The notes under the pieces are model-generated. The model saw only the letters and a list, made by a program, of their open reading frames with translations. It made no database searches and was not told the origin of the DNA. A DNA stretch of 64,000 bases. Origin: Schizochytrium sp. TIO01. Taxonomy: Eukaryota; Protista; Bigyra: Labyrinthulomycetes. This document shows, piece after piece, positions 46,824 to 58,884 of the stretch. A program made the translations under genes and the position numbers. The stretch spans positions 2,518,436 to 2,582,435 of the forward strand of contig SMSO01000031.1 of NCBI GenBank assembly GCA_004764695.1, given 5' to 3'. Position 1 is the stretch's first letter. The number at the start of each line of letters is the position of its first letter.

Positions 46824-47228
46824 GTACCTTTATTGGCTTGGTTCTGAGCTTTAGTTCAAGTCCATTACTTGGCGTACTAGTTTCTCATGTCAAGTTTGAA
46901 GAGGGGAGTTGCATAGTACCCCCTTTTCCAACAACAACATTTGCAATCGAAGAGTGTGTAATGTAGGATGCAACTCTGACACGACTATTATCTGAATTGA
47001 TTGATGAAATTTAAACTTATTATGCATATATTCCAAGAAATTAAACAAAAAATTATCGTGAGCAAAACGCGGTTGCCCAAGCTTGTTTAGACGAACTCTT
47101 CCTTTTGTCGTGTTTTTAAAAATATAAAGGATGCAGTCTACAGTATTTGATCGGTTTGAGACATATTGGATTTTTCGTTCGTAGTGAATGAATCTTGAAG
47201 ATATGCTAGATGATAATTCGAATTTGCC

Positions 47229-50200
47229 TTACGGACTAGAAGAAGAAGAGTTATTTCGTCCAAAAAGAGCTCCAAAAGATTTTTGAATGGAAGGACGCCG
47301 CTTTGCAATGTCAGGCTTGAAGAGGACTGAGCCGCCTTCACCTGCTTCTGCAATAAGTACGAGTAGCTTACAAAATTCGATAAAGTCGATTTCTCCCGAC
47401 CCGTCCTCATCAATCAAATGGATCATTCGGTCAAGGTCTTCTTTCTTAGGGCACCTGCCGATAGACATAAGGCCGAATCTTAGTTCTTCCTCTTCAATTG
47501 TTCCGCTGCCGTCTAAATCAAGCATAGCAAAAACACGTTCGTATGCTTTAATTGACCCCTCACTAATATGGTGAGTTTCTCGTAAATGTTGAACTCTAGC
47601 CGCAAACTCAAGCTGCTTTCGTTGAGCTTCTGTCGCTTCTTCCATCGACGTTGTGACGACACCAATAAACAGGGTCATGAGAACTAAGGCACCAATGAGA
47701 ACGAAAATCACGAAATAGACCGCTGCCACTGCATTATATGCGTGTGGCTTTACACAATACGCCTCACGACCTGAGTATCCGTAGACATTGCATCCATACA
47801 TGTTAATGTACATGATATCAGACCAGTCCTCCAGCGTTGCCATGCGAAAGAGGCTAAATAAGGAGATATGCAAAGAGCCAAAATGCCAGGGGTCGGACTC
47901 TTGGAAAAGTATCATGCCAAGAATGGCAAAAACATAAAAGACGAGGAAAAGGATTACTCCAATGTAACTGATAGAGGTAAGACCCCCGATGAGAGCAATG
48001 ATGATAACTTGCAGCTCTGGGAGCGACTTCACTAATTTCAGAACGCGCATAAGTCGCAAGAGACGAAGAAGTTTGATGAGATTACCCTGGCCTGGTATGA
48101 GACTACCAACAACAACTAGGTAATCAAAAATGTTCCAGCCTCTTATTCTTCCATATCGTATGAAGTATCTCCATGGATGAAACCGCTCTGCAATCGTCTT
48201 TAAAATAATCTCTCCGAAGAAAACACATACCACTGTTGCGTCAATGGCTGTCAAAATGGTTTGCAAATTTGAGTTCGAAGTGGCTTCAGTTCGCACCCCC
48301 TCCATAAGTGCAGCAATTAAAATATTGATCGTAATGAAATGTCCAAAGCGAGGATCCTCTGTAATATGTCTACTGAAATTTGAAATCCAAGTATATCGAC
48401 GTTGGAAATAGGTCTTGTAATTAGTTTCGACGTCCTCTTCCAAAATTTCTAAAAAATCTACGCCTTCCCAGGCACTTTTGAATGCTGCTCGTACGCGTTC
48501 TGTTTCTTCACGTCGTGGTACAGGTGGTGCAAATGGGTTCCACAATATGGTGCTGTTCCTACGTTCTCGGATGGACTTAACAGCACTCTGCGCTATTTTC
48601 TTGAAACGGCTTCCTCCTTGTTCTGGAGCGTCATGATGCATCAGACTGAGAACTGTCTCAAGTTTAGCCTTTTCATCTTTGGAATAGTGCACAGGTGTTG
48701 GGGAATTCCCTTGACCTTTGTGATTACTGTCCAGTGCAGACTTCTCTTTGATATCTGCGGTCCAAGGTAGGACAGCATTCGACTTTTTCTTCTTTTTTGC
48801 ATCGGCATTCTGACGGTGCGCGACATCTTTTAGAGTCAAAGCGGGGGGATGTGGCAAGACTCTTCCCTCCGTTTGCGGTTCTTGGCTATCCGTGTGGGTG
48901 GGCTCAGAAGCGTCTTGAGAATTGTTTGCATTTGTATCTGTTTCAGTGGTAGGGTTTGTGAGAGGTGTACTATCTAATATCGAGGAAGAGGAAGGTAACG
49001 GCGCATTTGGGTTTGTACTCGGCAAATCTGGGACATCAAACTTGAGATCTTCTTTTGAGTGATGAAGCATATGAAATTTACTTAATAAACCGCCATGGGA
49101 TGTCTTGCTTCCTGCGCTAGAGCTACTCTTCGAGAACATAAGCAAGTGGCTTGCGGTAATATGTGATGTCTCTGATGTGGATTGCGAGCCATCGGATGGG
49201 GACCCTGCTTCTGGGCTTTGCGTTTCGTTATGCCTTTGAGCTCGCTTCTTTGCTCTTTCGCGTCGACGATTTCGGTCTTGAAATTCCCTCTCAAATTTCA
49301 TTTCAGCCATTGACTTGGTCATGCTCATGGTGACCGCACCAACAAAGAGACTTAGCATGACAAGAGCAGACACTACGATAAAAGATACAGAGTAAATGAT
49401 TGTGAGACCACGGTATGGAAGCATGTCCTGTTCCGACGTTGATGGGCATGTCCCGAAGTATCCACTTAATTGCATGTAGGAATCAAACATTTCACTTGAA
49501 CATCCATAGTATTCTGTGTAAACTACATCCGTCCAATCCTCCAAGGTGGCCATGCGAAATAGAGTAATAATACTAATGGGCACAGACCCAAAATGAAACT
49601 TGTCATTGTCGCTAAACATGTAATAACCAAGAATTGCGTAAACATAGAATACAAGCATAAGCAATGCTAGGATATAAACGATGGAGCGGAGACCGCCAAT
49701 GAGACCCATGACAATCATCTCAAGTTGCGGAATCTTCTTTACAAGCTTCATGACACGCATAAGCCTTGTAAGTCTTAATAATTTGACCGAGTTTCCTCCA
49801 AATGTTGAACCCCAAATCGGCAATGACAGAAAGACAATGAGCAGGTCAAAAATATTCCAACCTTTCTCCGGACCTGTGAAATATCTCCATGGTGCTGCTG
49901 CTTCAGCTATAATCTTAAGTATTACTTCGCAAGCAAAGATACAAAGGACGAACTTATCAGCACCATGAATTCGAGAATCGCTCTCAAACTTTTTGTATGT
50001 CTGTATGCCAACAATAAATCCCGCAAGAATTATGATAGAGATAATGAAAGCATTGAAGGAGTCACTGCGTACAAGGTCATCGCAATATCGAGCTAATCGA
50101 ATGTAAGCTTTCATAAATTTGCTATTATACTTTGACTCGTCCTTGTATTTGCTGAGCGGAACAGGCTCAAGAGATGATTCGCTAAGAATGCGCTCAGCAG

Positions 50201-50279
50201 AAGCAGCTCGTATCGAGGCCTCATTTTGCAATTCGCGCATGCGCATCATTGCGCCGGCCGCAGACGCCGCGGCCGTCAT
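47229..50279 (-). CDS. Two-repeat (2x6TM) voltage-gated cation channel with a C-terminal EF-hand pair
   Basis: Two homologous repeats, each with GWNIFD, an S4 of the form KLLRLxRLMRVxKLVK, and the pore sequence LFRMATLEDW(T/S)D (filters at 49533-49547 and 47823-47837). EF loops DLDGSGTIEEEE and DEDGSGEIDFIE. Confidence 0.93.
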   Translation of the reverse strand: MTAAASAAGAMMRMRELQNEASIRAASAERILSESSLEPVPLSKYKDESKYNSKFMKAYIRLARYCDDLVRSDSFNAFIISIIILAGFIVGIQTYKKFESDSRIHGADKFVLCIFACEVILKIIAEAAAPWRYFTGPEKGWNIFDLLIVFLSLPIWGSTFGGNSVKLLRLTRLMRVMKLVKKIPQLEMIVMGLIGGLRSIVYILALLMLVFYVYAILGYYMFSDNDKFHFGSVPISIITLFRMATLEDWTDVVYTEYYGCSSEMFDSYMQLSGYFGTCPSTSEQDMLPYRGLTIIYSVSFIVVSALVMLSLFVGAVTMSMTKSMAEMKFEREFQDRNRRRERAKKRAQRHNETQSPEAGSPSDGSQSTSETSHITASHLLMFSKSSSSAGSKTSHGGLLSKFHMLHHSKEDLKFDVPDLPSTNPNAPLPSSSSILDSTPLTNPTTETDTNANNSQDASEPTHTDSQEPQTEGRVLPHPPALTLKDVAHRQNADAKKKKKSNAVLPWTADIKEKSALDSNHKGQGNSPTPVHYSKDEKAKLETVLSLMHHDAPEQGGSRFKKIAQSAVKSIRERRNSTILWNPFAPPVPRREETERVRAAFKSAWEGVDFLEILEEDVETNYKTYFQRRYTWISNFSRHITEDPRFGHFITINILIAALMEGVRTEATSNSNLQTILTAIDATVVCVFFGEIILKTIAERFHPWRYFIRYGRIRGWNIFDYLVVVGSLIPGQGNLIKLLRLLRLMRVLKLVKSLPELQVIIIALIGGLTSISYIGVILFLVFYVFAILGMILFQESDPWHFGSLHISLFSLFRMATLEDWSDIMYINMYGCNVYGYSGREAYCVKPHAYNAVAAVYFVIFVLIGALVLMTLFIGVVTTSMEEATEAQRKQLEFAARVQHLRETHHISEGSIKAYERVFAMLDLDGSGTIEEEELRFGLMSIGRCPKKEDLDRMIHLIDEDGSGEIDFIEFCKLLVLIAEAGEGGSVLFKPDIAKRRPSIQKSFGALFGRNNSSSSSP

Positions 50280-51227
50280 GGCAGCAAGGCGGTAATTGAC
50301 GGGGCGCCAGGCCCCGACAATCGCTGTTTGCTAAGCCTCTGTCTATCTAAGGAACAATGTCAAACTTGCCATCGCCTTCGATGCTAGCAGGTTTAGAAGG
50401 TGGGTGCGCACCTGCTGCTATTTGTGATTGACTAAAAATTGCTGTTGGTGAGGGATATGGTAAAGAAGACACGAAAATAGTGTTGTCGGAGTTTCTTCCT
50501 CCTGTCTCTAAGTCTCTCCTAAATAACGCAATAGACTTATAGTGCCGCTAATAGTTTTGTCGCACCAAGTGCTTTGGATGAAAATAAGACGAGAAAGAAC
50601 CTTTTCTTCTACTCTCTATCGTTGACTAGTTTTCTCTACCGGCAGCATGGCTTGCACACTCAAAACAACAGAAGCAGAAGATTTACATAAATGAGGAACG
50701 TCTAAGCTTCTTGGGTAGAACTAGAGGCTCTTGATAGGAGGAGCAATGTACTTACCACGAATAGCTTTGTGCAAGCTCAAACGGATATATTTCGCCACTA
50801 TCACTTAAAAGGAAGACTGACTAATTGTACCGCCTATTCGGTTGCAGATATTGCAACTCAAGTAGGAAGTTTAGAAATATCACACTATGCCATCCGAATT
50901 ACATACCAAGAAGAATCGAGGAAATAAAGGCAACTGTGCGGAGTTTAGCAATTATCTAACTTTTATTTTTATTTTTGTAAAGTTCACACTACCATACATA
51001 GTCAATTAAAAATATATGTGGCCAATCTGTTGATATGATATAATTTCGTATCGCAGTAGCAAACATCTTGATCTTGGTTCGTACGATATTCCTGAATTCG
51101 TGGACGTCATACTGGTTCGGCCTCAGGCTACTTCAGCTTTTTTCTTAATTGTGCTGTGCTTGACGGGAAGTCCTTGTGCAACATATATATAACCAACCAC
51201 CCCTTCCCACCCTTTTCCCCCCAAACA

Positions 51228-51253
51228 CTAACTAACTAACTAACTAACTAACT
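51228..51253. repeat. (CTAA)n tetranucleotide microsatellite
   Basis: About six CTAA units. Confidence 0.85.
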
Positions 51254-54200
51254 GACAAAGTAGGTATGAAGAACAATAAAGTAAAAAAAGAAGTGTTACA
51301 TAAATCCAATTGTTTCCGTGGCTTCGCGAATGTAGCGGATAGAATAAATGCACCAGGTTTCCCAGAACCCTCAAATTCCAATGTCTTGCACGATTAAATG
51401 CTCATGCTCGTATTAAAATAAAAGTGAAAATAAAATCGTTATTTTTTTTCTTTAGGTACTGAAGAAGGCGATGACTGTTTCTTCGTTCTGGCATGCGTTA
51501 AATGGAGCAGCTGGATCAAGGCGGTAGGTGTTCTGTAGACGTCGACTTTGCCAGTAGCGTGGAAGGGTCATTCTGAAAATTCCAGATATTACATCAAAAA
51601 CCTTCTTTCCATTTTTTTTTGCGCGCGTCACTATCAGGCATAGAGTTATTTGCCCACCTTGTGATCAAAATTTGAAGGGCGAAAAGCTCAGCTGAAGGTG
51701 GTGGCATCATGCGACAATTGAACTTTCTCGCGATTATCTTTGTTCTGATTCATTTGCACCCCACTAAAAAGCGTGCATTGAAAAGCGTTTCTACAAAACA
51801 AGACATATGGGTTTTAACCTCTTTACGGCTACTAGTACGAGTCTCTGTTGCATCGATGTATCATATACTATTTAATACCCCCACCCCTAATCCTTGTTTG
51901 CCCCTCCGCAAGGCGTGCCAGGGGAGCACAACATTACTTTGCATATTCGGTTCAACCGAGTCATAGTTCTCCTCCAAGAAAAAAACCAATGCAACATTAC
52001 AAACCTTACCAGTCAAATGCGCCACTGAAATGCTGTACCTAATACTGCGCCTATTCGGTAGCGCCAAGCCACATCTGTGATATGAAGAAGGTCAAGTTCG
52101 TGTCAGAAATATCTACTTGTACATAGCCTGCTAGCGCCTCCCTAGCTCCGTAAATACTACCAACCTCTCCAAGTTCACGATAATCTTATCAATGGCCCTC
52201 TTCGTCGCTAGGTACTTATGCGCAGAGCACTACTTGAACTGTCAGATCTTTTATTCAATAACTATGTAGACACTCAGGTCACAAACCTAAACAAATACTC
52301 GGGTGCACAAATTCTGTTAAAAAAATGATAATTCAAGAAATGAAGCATACGCCAGAGAGCCTTAAAATGTGAGATCCTTCTGAGAAGATCCACAAGATCG
52401 CAAATCCTTCTTTCACATCACACAACTATATTTTACCATAAACATCCAACCACCGCCTTGCTTAATTCAGGCCATCTTCTCTGTTGTTTCTACCACTACT
52501 CCACAGATACCTGCCCATTTCCCATGATGGACTCTAAAAAACCGAGAGGGAGAGAACACGAGAGTGAACAAATGAAATTCTTGGGCAAAGGTTCACAAAA
52601 ATATTGTGTCAGCATGTTTTTAATTAAGAAGGAGAGAACTATCATAAGAATATTGTTTGGAATGACATTGCGTTTATATATATATATAATAACATAATAA
52701 GTACAAAGTAGACGATCCAAACTATTACCATCCGCAAATTACAAACCTTTTCAAAACTGAAATACTGCACTTGAGCAATCAAAATAACGCGATGAAATAT
52801 ATGGGAATGAAAGAAAATTTGAAGAGAAAAATATTTCAGGGTTTCTAAAGATTTGTAGAGATCTTAGCTACCTCACATTTAAAATCAGTTCGGGAAACTG
52901 AGTGAATGAAGGCAGCCGACTTCACCCTTACCAGATACGCGCAGAAAAAATGTCTCCAAGGTGCAAGGTACTCAATAACAAACAGCACGTACACATTTCA
53001 AAATTTTATTCACCACGATTTTTTAGAAGACTATCTGCAGTTCTCATCAGGGGTTATTCGAAACTAAGGAAAACCCCGAAAATGAACAGAGCTTTCAGAA
53101 CAGGAAATATAATGAGAGTACCATTTCGACCTGCTTTTCAACCCTAGTTCCCAATTTTGGAATTCGGTTAGCCTGGGCAGCGTCAGTAGCGATCCTCGCA
53201 TAGAGGATTGGCACGAGAAGCTGCTACATTTAACATCATAACAACGAAAAGAAAAAGCGCTGCATTAGCACCAACGTAAACAATCAAAGGCAACAAATCG
53301 AGAAATTATAGTTCAAACAATAGAAGAATCCCGGATCTTTTTTTTTAATAGCAGTATATCTTTTGGAAAAACACATTTCTTTGCTTATTTCGGCGGGTTA
53401 TTTCTCCTCGTATTTTCGTTGAATCATTCACAGTTTCGTCAGAATCACCTTTTGAAACTACTTTCAGTTTGGTGAAGAAAAAACATTTGAATTGGGTTGA
53501 GGCTTGCATAAACCGTTTAGACTTGTCTAGTTAGTCTATCAATCGCAAAGTCTAAGAATAATAGTATCTGAGAAGGGATGTAATGTAGCATGCGTTTTCC
53601 AGCTATGTGAAGTGATGTAGGAAAGAAGCTAGTCTTTTGAGCGTCACATTTTTGAGTAAACCAAGCACGGATCATGGATGCAGACTATCAAACCGAAAAA
53701 TTGAAATAGATTCCACACACTTTAGGCAAGTGAGAGGTTTAACAACCGTTCGAAGCAGCGTTTCAAAGTTTAGAAACTTAAGACTTTGCAGTGAGTGATG
53801 AGGGAGATTCAGCAATGGTCGGAGTGTAAGAGCTCTAGCAGCTAATCTTGCCCGGAGATCAACACGGGGAAGAGGCAGACACAATTTAGTTATTACCTTG
53901 GCGCCCCGGCTATCCATGAAATGATGTTCTAAAGATATTAGAATCCTGAGACTTATCTTGTAAGCCGAAAACCACGTTGCGCTGGATGAAGGGTCGACTT
54001 TCATGCTTAAATTAAATTATCCTGCGAAGCCTCACTTCTAATTTTTATTATTATTAAGTCTGCTTGTCTTTATGGGAAAATGCACAACTCAGCTCACCAG
54101 CAATCCAAAACTTTTCTCCATATCAGGATGGAATGCCAAGCCTTTGCGCATAGTTCGCCACCGTATAAGGACATGTTAAAACCTACGCACCTCAAACCGA

Positions 54201-55389
54201 TCGTACACAGATTATTGCATCACCTCGAGGACATGCGGGTGTTTGTTCCTGAACGAGTTTGTCCAGGTTTTCCCTGAGAGACGAAGCACCTCACAGAAGA
54301 CAGCTTATTGTTCATCGCAACTATAAAGTGCATCGCACCCTGGAATGGGCTTTTTTTGAATGTGATTGGATCTCCAGCAAAATTGTGGATGGGTTTGAGA
54401 ATTCACAAGATAGACCGATGCTTTTGATATGGGCACGTTCATATCATGATTCATAATTATCATAAAAAAGAAAGAGAAAAGGAAATTCCTTTGTATTGAA
54501 AGGAATCCTTAATTGTGATGTTGTTTTCCTTGTAAAATCTACTCATTTTTCGAGTTGCCTGGGTCGGGACGAGAGTTTACAAATGTTGGGCAAAGTGGGA
54601 AATATGAAGTCGGTGCTATAGAGGCGGATGGGAGTAATAGTCATTGCGCCAGAGGAATCTTGATTTTGCTAACTTTCCAAATATCCATGCCAACTATTCT
54701 ACCTAGCTACTTAGCTACCTACTAGTCGCTATCTTGAAAAGAAACGGCCATCTCAGGAGAACTCTATTTCTACCAACCGAGCATACCCAAGCGCAACGCA
54801 TAGCTAATAATAGGCTATATGCCCTCTACCCCTCCTTCCTCCCCACCTCACACAGAGACTCTTAGATAGCTCCTAGTTTTCATCATAGTAATCCCACTTT
54901 CCCCACTTCGCCTGTTTACTCAAAAGTTAGTTAATCCAAGTAGCACTACTTATACCTGATGCTAATGACATGGTCTCTCTAGTACAAGCAGGTATTACTA
55001 CCTACTATCCACTAGTAGATGTATTCAAAAATGTTCAAACATTGATAAACCCCCCTAAAACATAACTACCGTAGCCAGGTCTTACTCAAAATATACTGAA
55101 AACAATAGTACGCTGGGGAAACAGTTCTCTTTACTTTTTTTTTTGAATGGTTACTGTTCCTAGCCTAATATTAGGAACTTATGATGATAATGAGAGTGAG
55201 TTTCTTATTTTTAAATTTGAGTTTTGTAGTTTGTTTGATTGACTGTTTGTCTGTTTCTTTACAGAGGGTGAGAATCGAGGTGGTTTCGCGCCTATTTATC
55301 ATAGCTTGGGCTCGCTGGGGCGTGTCCTCCGTAACTAAAGCAAACCTCTCGCTCCGGAGGCGAGATCTCGCTCGTTGGACGGCACCAAC

Positions 55390-58135
55390 ATGGTACGTGG
55401 TCCCAGGGACGCAACGCTAGCTTAGGTTGACTCGTGTTGAGAGTGTCTCAAGGCGATGGTTCATGGCACGACTGGCAACTTGGAATGAAAGAATGGGATA
55501 GAGGAGACTTTTGATCGTCTCTCTTCTTCTTCTTCTCCTTCTATATGTTCCGTTATACAGCTCTTTCACCTTAAGGGAATGCTTCAAGGGATATATGGAT
55601 TTAACTTCGTTAAATTCTTTACACATAGGACATGTCGAGCTCAGGACAGAAGCAACACCATCTGTTTGAGAATTTCTTACTGACAAAGATTGGGATTCGT
55701 GCTGCTCGGTTGAACTTTTCTGTGTGCTCTGTTACAGGATGGTGAAAATGACAACAATGTGTGGAATACCACTCGGGCAAAACCTGGGTACTCGAATAAG
55801 GTGCGTACTTCTTTAATATTGATTCTAAGACAGAATTTGAATGTCGCTAACTTTAGCTTGTGGAATTCTTGACTTTTCTAAACTCATCACCGTTGTTCAA
55901 ACTCTATTTTGGCATGGGAATGTGATGTACCTTCAAATACCTTTTTGTAATTTTATATGGCACATGTTTTGATCGCTTTCCGCGATGCAGTTGTTCTATG
56001 GGAATGTTGAGTACCGAGGCGGCCTCCTTGCTGGTGGTGGCGATGATTTCTCAGGTATGAACTTTGGTAATGGGTCTTTACGTCGTCAATCTCACTACAA
56101 TCCGGACCAAGGTGCTCCCCGGCGATGGTATACGGAAGATGATTACTCAGGAAGACGACCGAGACCTGAGACTGCTACAGGTAATCCACCTACCTCTTTT
56201 CATGAGCGAGACGATTTATGGGCGCAACGAGGAGCTGCCTTGCCATCATCTAATGATCGAATTCTTCACACGTCACAACCGCCGCGGCATCATCAGTCGC
56301 AGCAGCGTCTCTCAGAGCGTGCATCATATATGGCGGATAACTGGACCCACGGCGAAGATCTCGATTATAAGTATTCTCGTCCTATGACAACTGATGGCAG
56401 CAACGGGATACACTACGGTGGTGCACGCACCCGTGCGCATGAGCTGGTAGAGCACGTAACGTCGAGTGCACTTCGCGAGCAGCTTAGTGAACGCGACCTT
56501 GATTTGCTTGAACTGAAAACCCGCCAATTTCAAGAAACATCAGAATTCCGTGCCGCTTTGAAGCAACGCGAAATGGAGCTTATTGATCGCGAGCAGGCTC
56601 TACGAAAACAAAATGACAAGCTGCAACGCGACCGAGAGCAACTTCAGGAGATCAAACACAAACACGAGAAGGAAAAGGCTAATTTTAAGAGCAAAATAAG
56701 TACCTACATGCGCGAGGCTGACAAAATGCGTAAGATTGTTAGCCATACAAATCAAAAAATGATCCTGATGGACAAAAAGCATAAGGAAGAGATTGCGCGA
56801 AAGGATAACAGTTTGGCACGTTTCCAACGTGATTTGGAGCTCTACGAAGCGCGCGTTCAAAAAGCAGAAGCTCAAGTTGCGACTGCTTCTCACACGGAGC
56901 TTCATCTGCGACAGACCAATACAGATATTGCAGCTGAAATTGCAAGCTTACGAAGTTCTGAAAGAAAACTTCATGAACAGGTGGACCGTGCCCGTCTTCG
57001 GGAGACTGAACTTGAAGATGCTTTGAGTAATATGAGGGAGGAACGCGAACGAGCTGAGGATCGCGCAACGCGGGCCATTCGTGCTGCAGAAGATGCAAGT
57101 CGTCATTTGTCTACTGAGAAGCTTCGAGCAGCAGCCCTGGAAGATGATGTGACTAAACTTCGTGAAGCCGTGAGCTCCATGAATGCTCTTCGCTTGAAAC
57201 AAAAACATGATGTAGTCACAAGTCCCAAGCAAATTGCTAATTTTACCGCGGATGACGCCCAATCACCATTGTCACCAAAGAGTCCTGGCCGTCAAGAGTA
57301 CCTAGAGATGCTAGGCGAAGTCAAACGTTGTTTAGCAGAGGTTCAAGAGTCAAAACGTGAGAACACAAAGTTAGAGGAAAGGGCTGCAAAGGCTGAGAGT
57401 GAGCTTGAGGAACTTCGGAAGATCCACCTTAAGCAAGGACAGAGTCAGGGCAATAACAAAAATTCCCCCTCCTTGAATGGTGGCCATAATGTTGAACTTG
57501 ATGATGTGGCTTCCTCTGCTCGACTCCGCGAAGAATTGGAGCGTCAAGAAAAAACACTTGCGCAAGCCGAATGGGATCGTGTTGCCGCTGAACAAGAGGT
57601 GCAGGCTCTGCGAACAGCTTTAAGTGATGTTAAGAAAGAACTGGATGAAGCCCGGGAAGGTCTACGTGATGCCGATGGCCTTGTCACCGACTTACAAGAT
57701 ATGCTTGAGTCAGAAAAGGGCGCAAATTCTGAGCTTCAACAACAGTTTGAAGATACACTATTTAAACTAGATGAAGTTGAGGCAAAGCTAGCTGCCAATC
57801 AGCTTGACGCCGCCAAACATCAAGCTCAGGAGCAAGGGTTGACCCGTACGCTTATGACCGATATCTCCCAATATTTAGGTGCAGTGCGGCGTTTAATGGC
57901 TCTTCTTAATGCCTTTCTTGAGGGAGAACAGCCCTCTATGGATGTGTTGCTTGATGATGTTGACACTCTAGACGCAGGCATCGACTTTACGAAGCTCTCA
58001 GACCAAGACCGCATCGAAGCGGTGCAAGGGCTTAAGAGCAAGTTGGCTGCTAGTCGTGAGTCTGTATCACAGGTCCGTTCTCGCATAGCTGATCGGTACG
58101 CAGAAACACTTGGTAGTGATTGTAATGTGCAATGA
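55390..58135 (+). CDS. CEP85: CEP85-like centrosomal coiled-coil protein with C-terminal CaaX; exons 55390-55392, 55738-55800 and 55991-58135
   Basis: Long coiled coil. C-terminus FLEGEQPSMDVLL...VRSRIADRYAETLGSDCNVQ matches the CEP85/CEP85L tail pattern (QG.DPNLSLLL...SDRYAQDMGxNCxTQ). Phase-0 introns GTACGT..ACAG (55393-55737) and GTGCGT..GCAG (55801-55990). The 5' exon model is less certain than the main exon. Confidence 0.72.
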
Positions 58136-58884
58136 TTTATGTATAAATCTAAAGATCGTTTCTTGATGGGGTTATGTTGTATACATATCTTTACTTTTAT
58201 AGAAATATTCTAAGCTCTTCACCAACTGAAAGACCAGAAGTCCCATTTCATCTTTCCAATTCAGTTTCATCTCTTTCGTATATAAATTACCCTATCCTGA
58301 TTTTGTCTGTGGTCCAACAGAGAACACATCTTCTCTCGTATCCTGGTAAAATCATTGTCTTATCCAAACATTGTTAATTCATTTTTAATTAGAGTATTAC
58401 ATTATTGAAATGGGTTATTTTCTTGCAAGAGCTCCGTGGTGTTTTTATTTAAAACAAATTCTATTTCCAAAGTCTTCAGTCCAAGTGTGCTTGTTTCGGT
58501 TTACTTGGGTGTCTTCCAAGTAGATGGAGCTATACCCTTTAAACAAGTACTCTCCTTCAAGTGCCCGTTAAAGTGAGAGCAAAGCACATTTTAGATGTAC
58601 AGAACTCTGCTGTCTCATACTCTCTTTCTACTTCCTATTGATAAAAAAAAGATAGAAGCAACACTGGCTTTACCACGTAATTAGACCTAGTCCATTTAAA
58701 GATTGATCATGCCGCTATGAAAAACTACCTATCTACTAATTGTCTGACCAGTAGAAGAACGCTACTAGATAGTAGAAGACTACATAAAATAGAAAAAGCA
58801 AGCAGCATTGTAGCGAAACAACAGCAGCGACCTGTAGATTTGTAATTAAATCTGAGCCTGATTTCGCTCAACAGCGGCGCAAGA

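Noticed and set aside
53190-53210. Hairpin CGATCCTC-GCATA-GAGGATTG as an ncRNA
   Set aside because: An 8-bp stem with a GU pair is expected by chance; no tRNA or snoRNA boxes seen.
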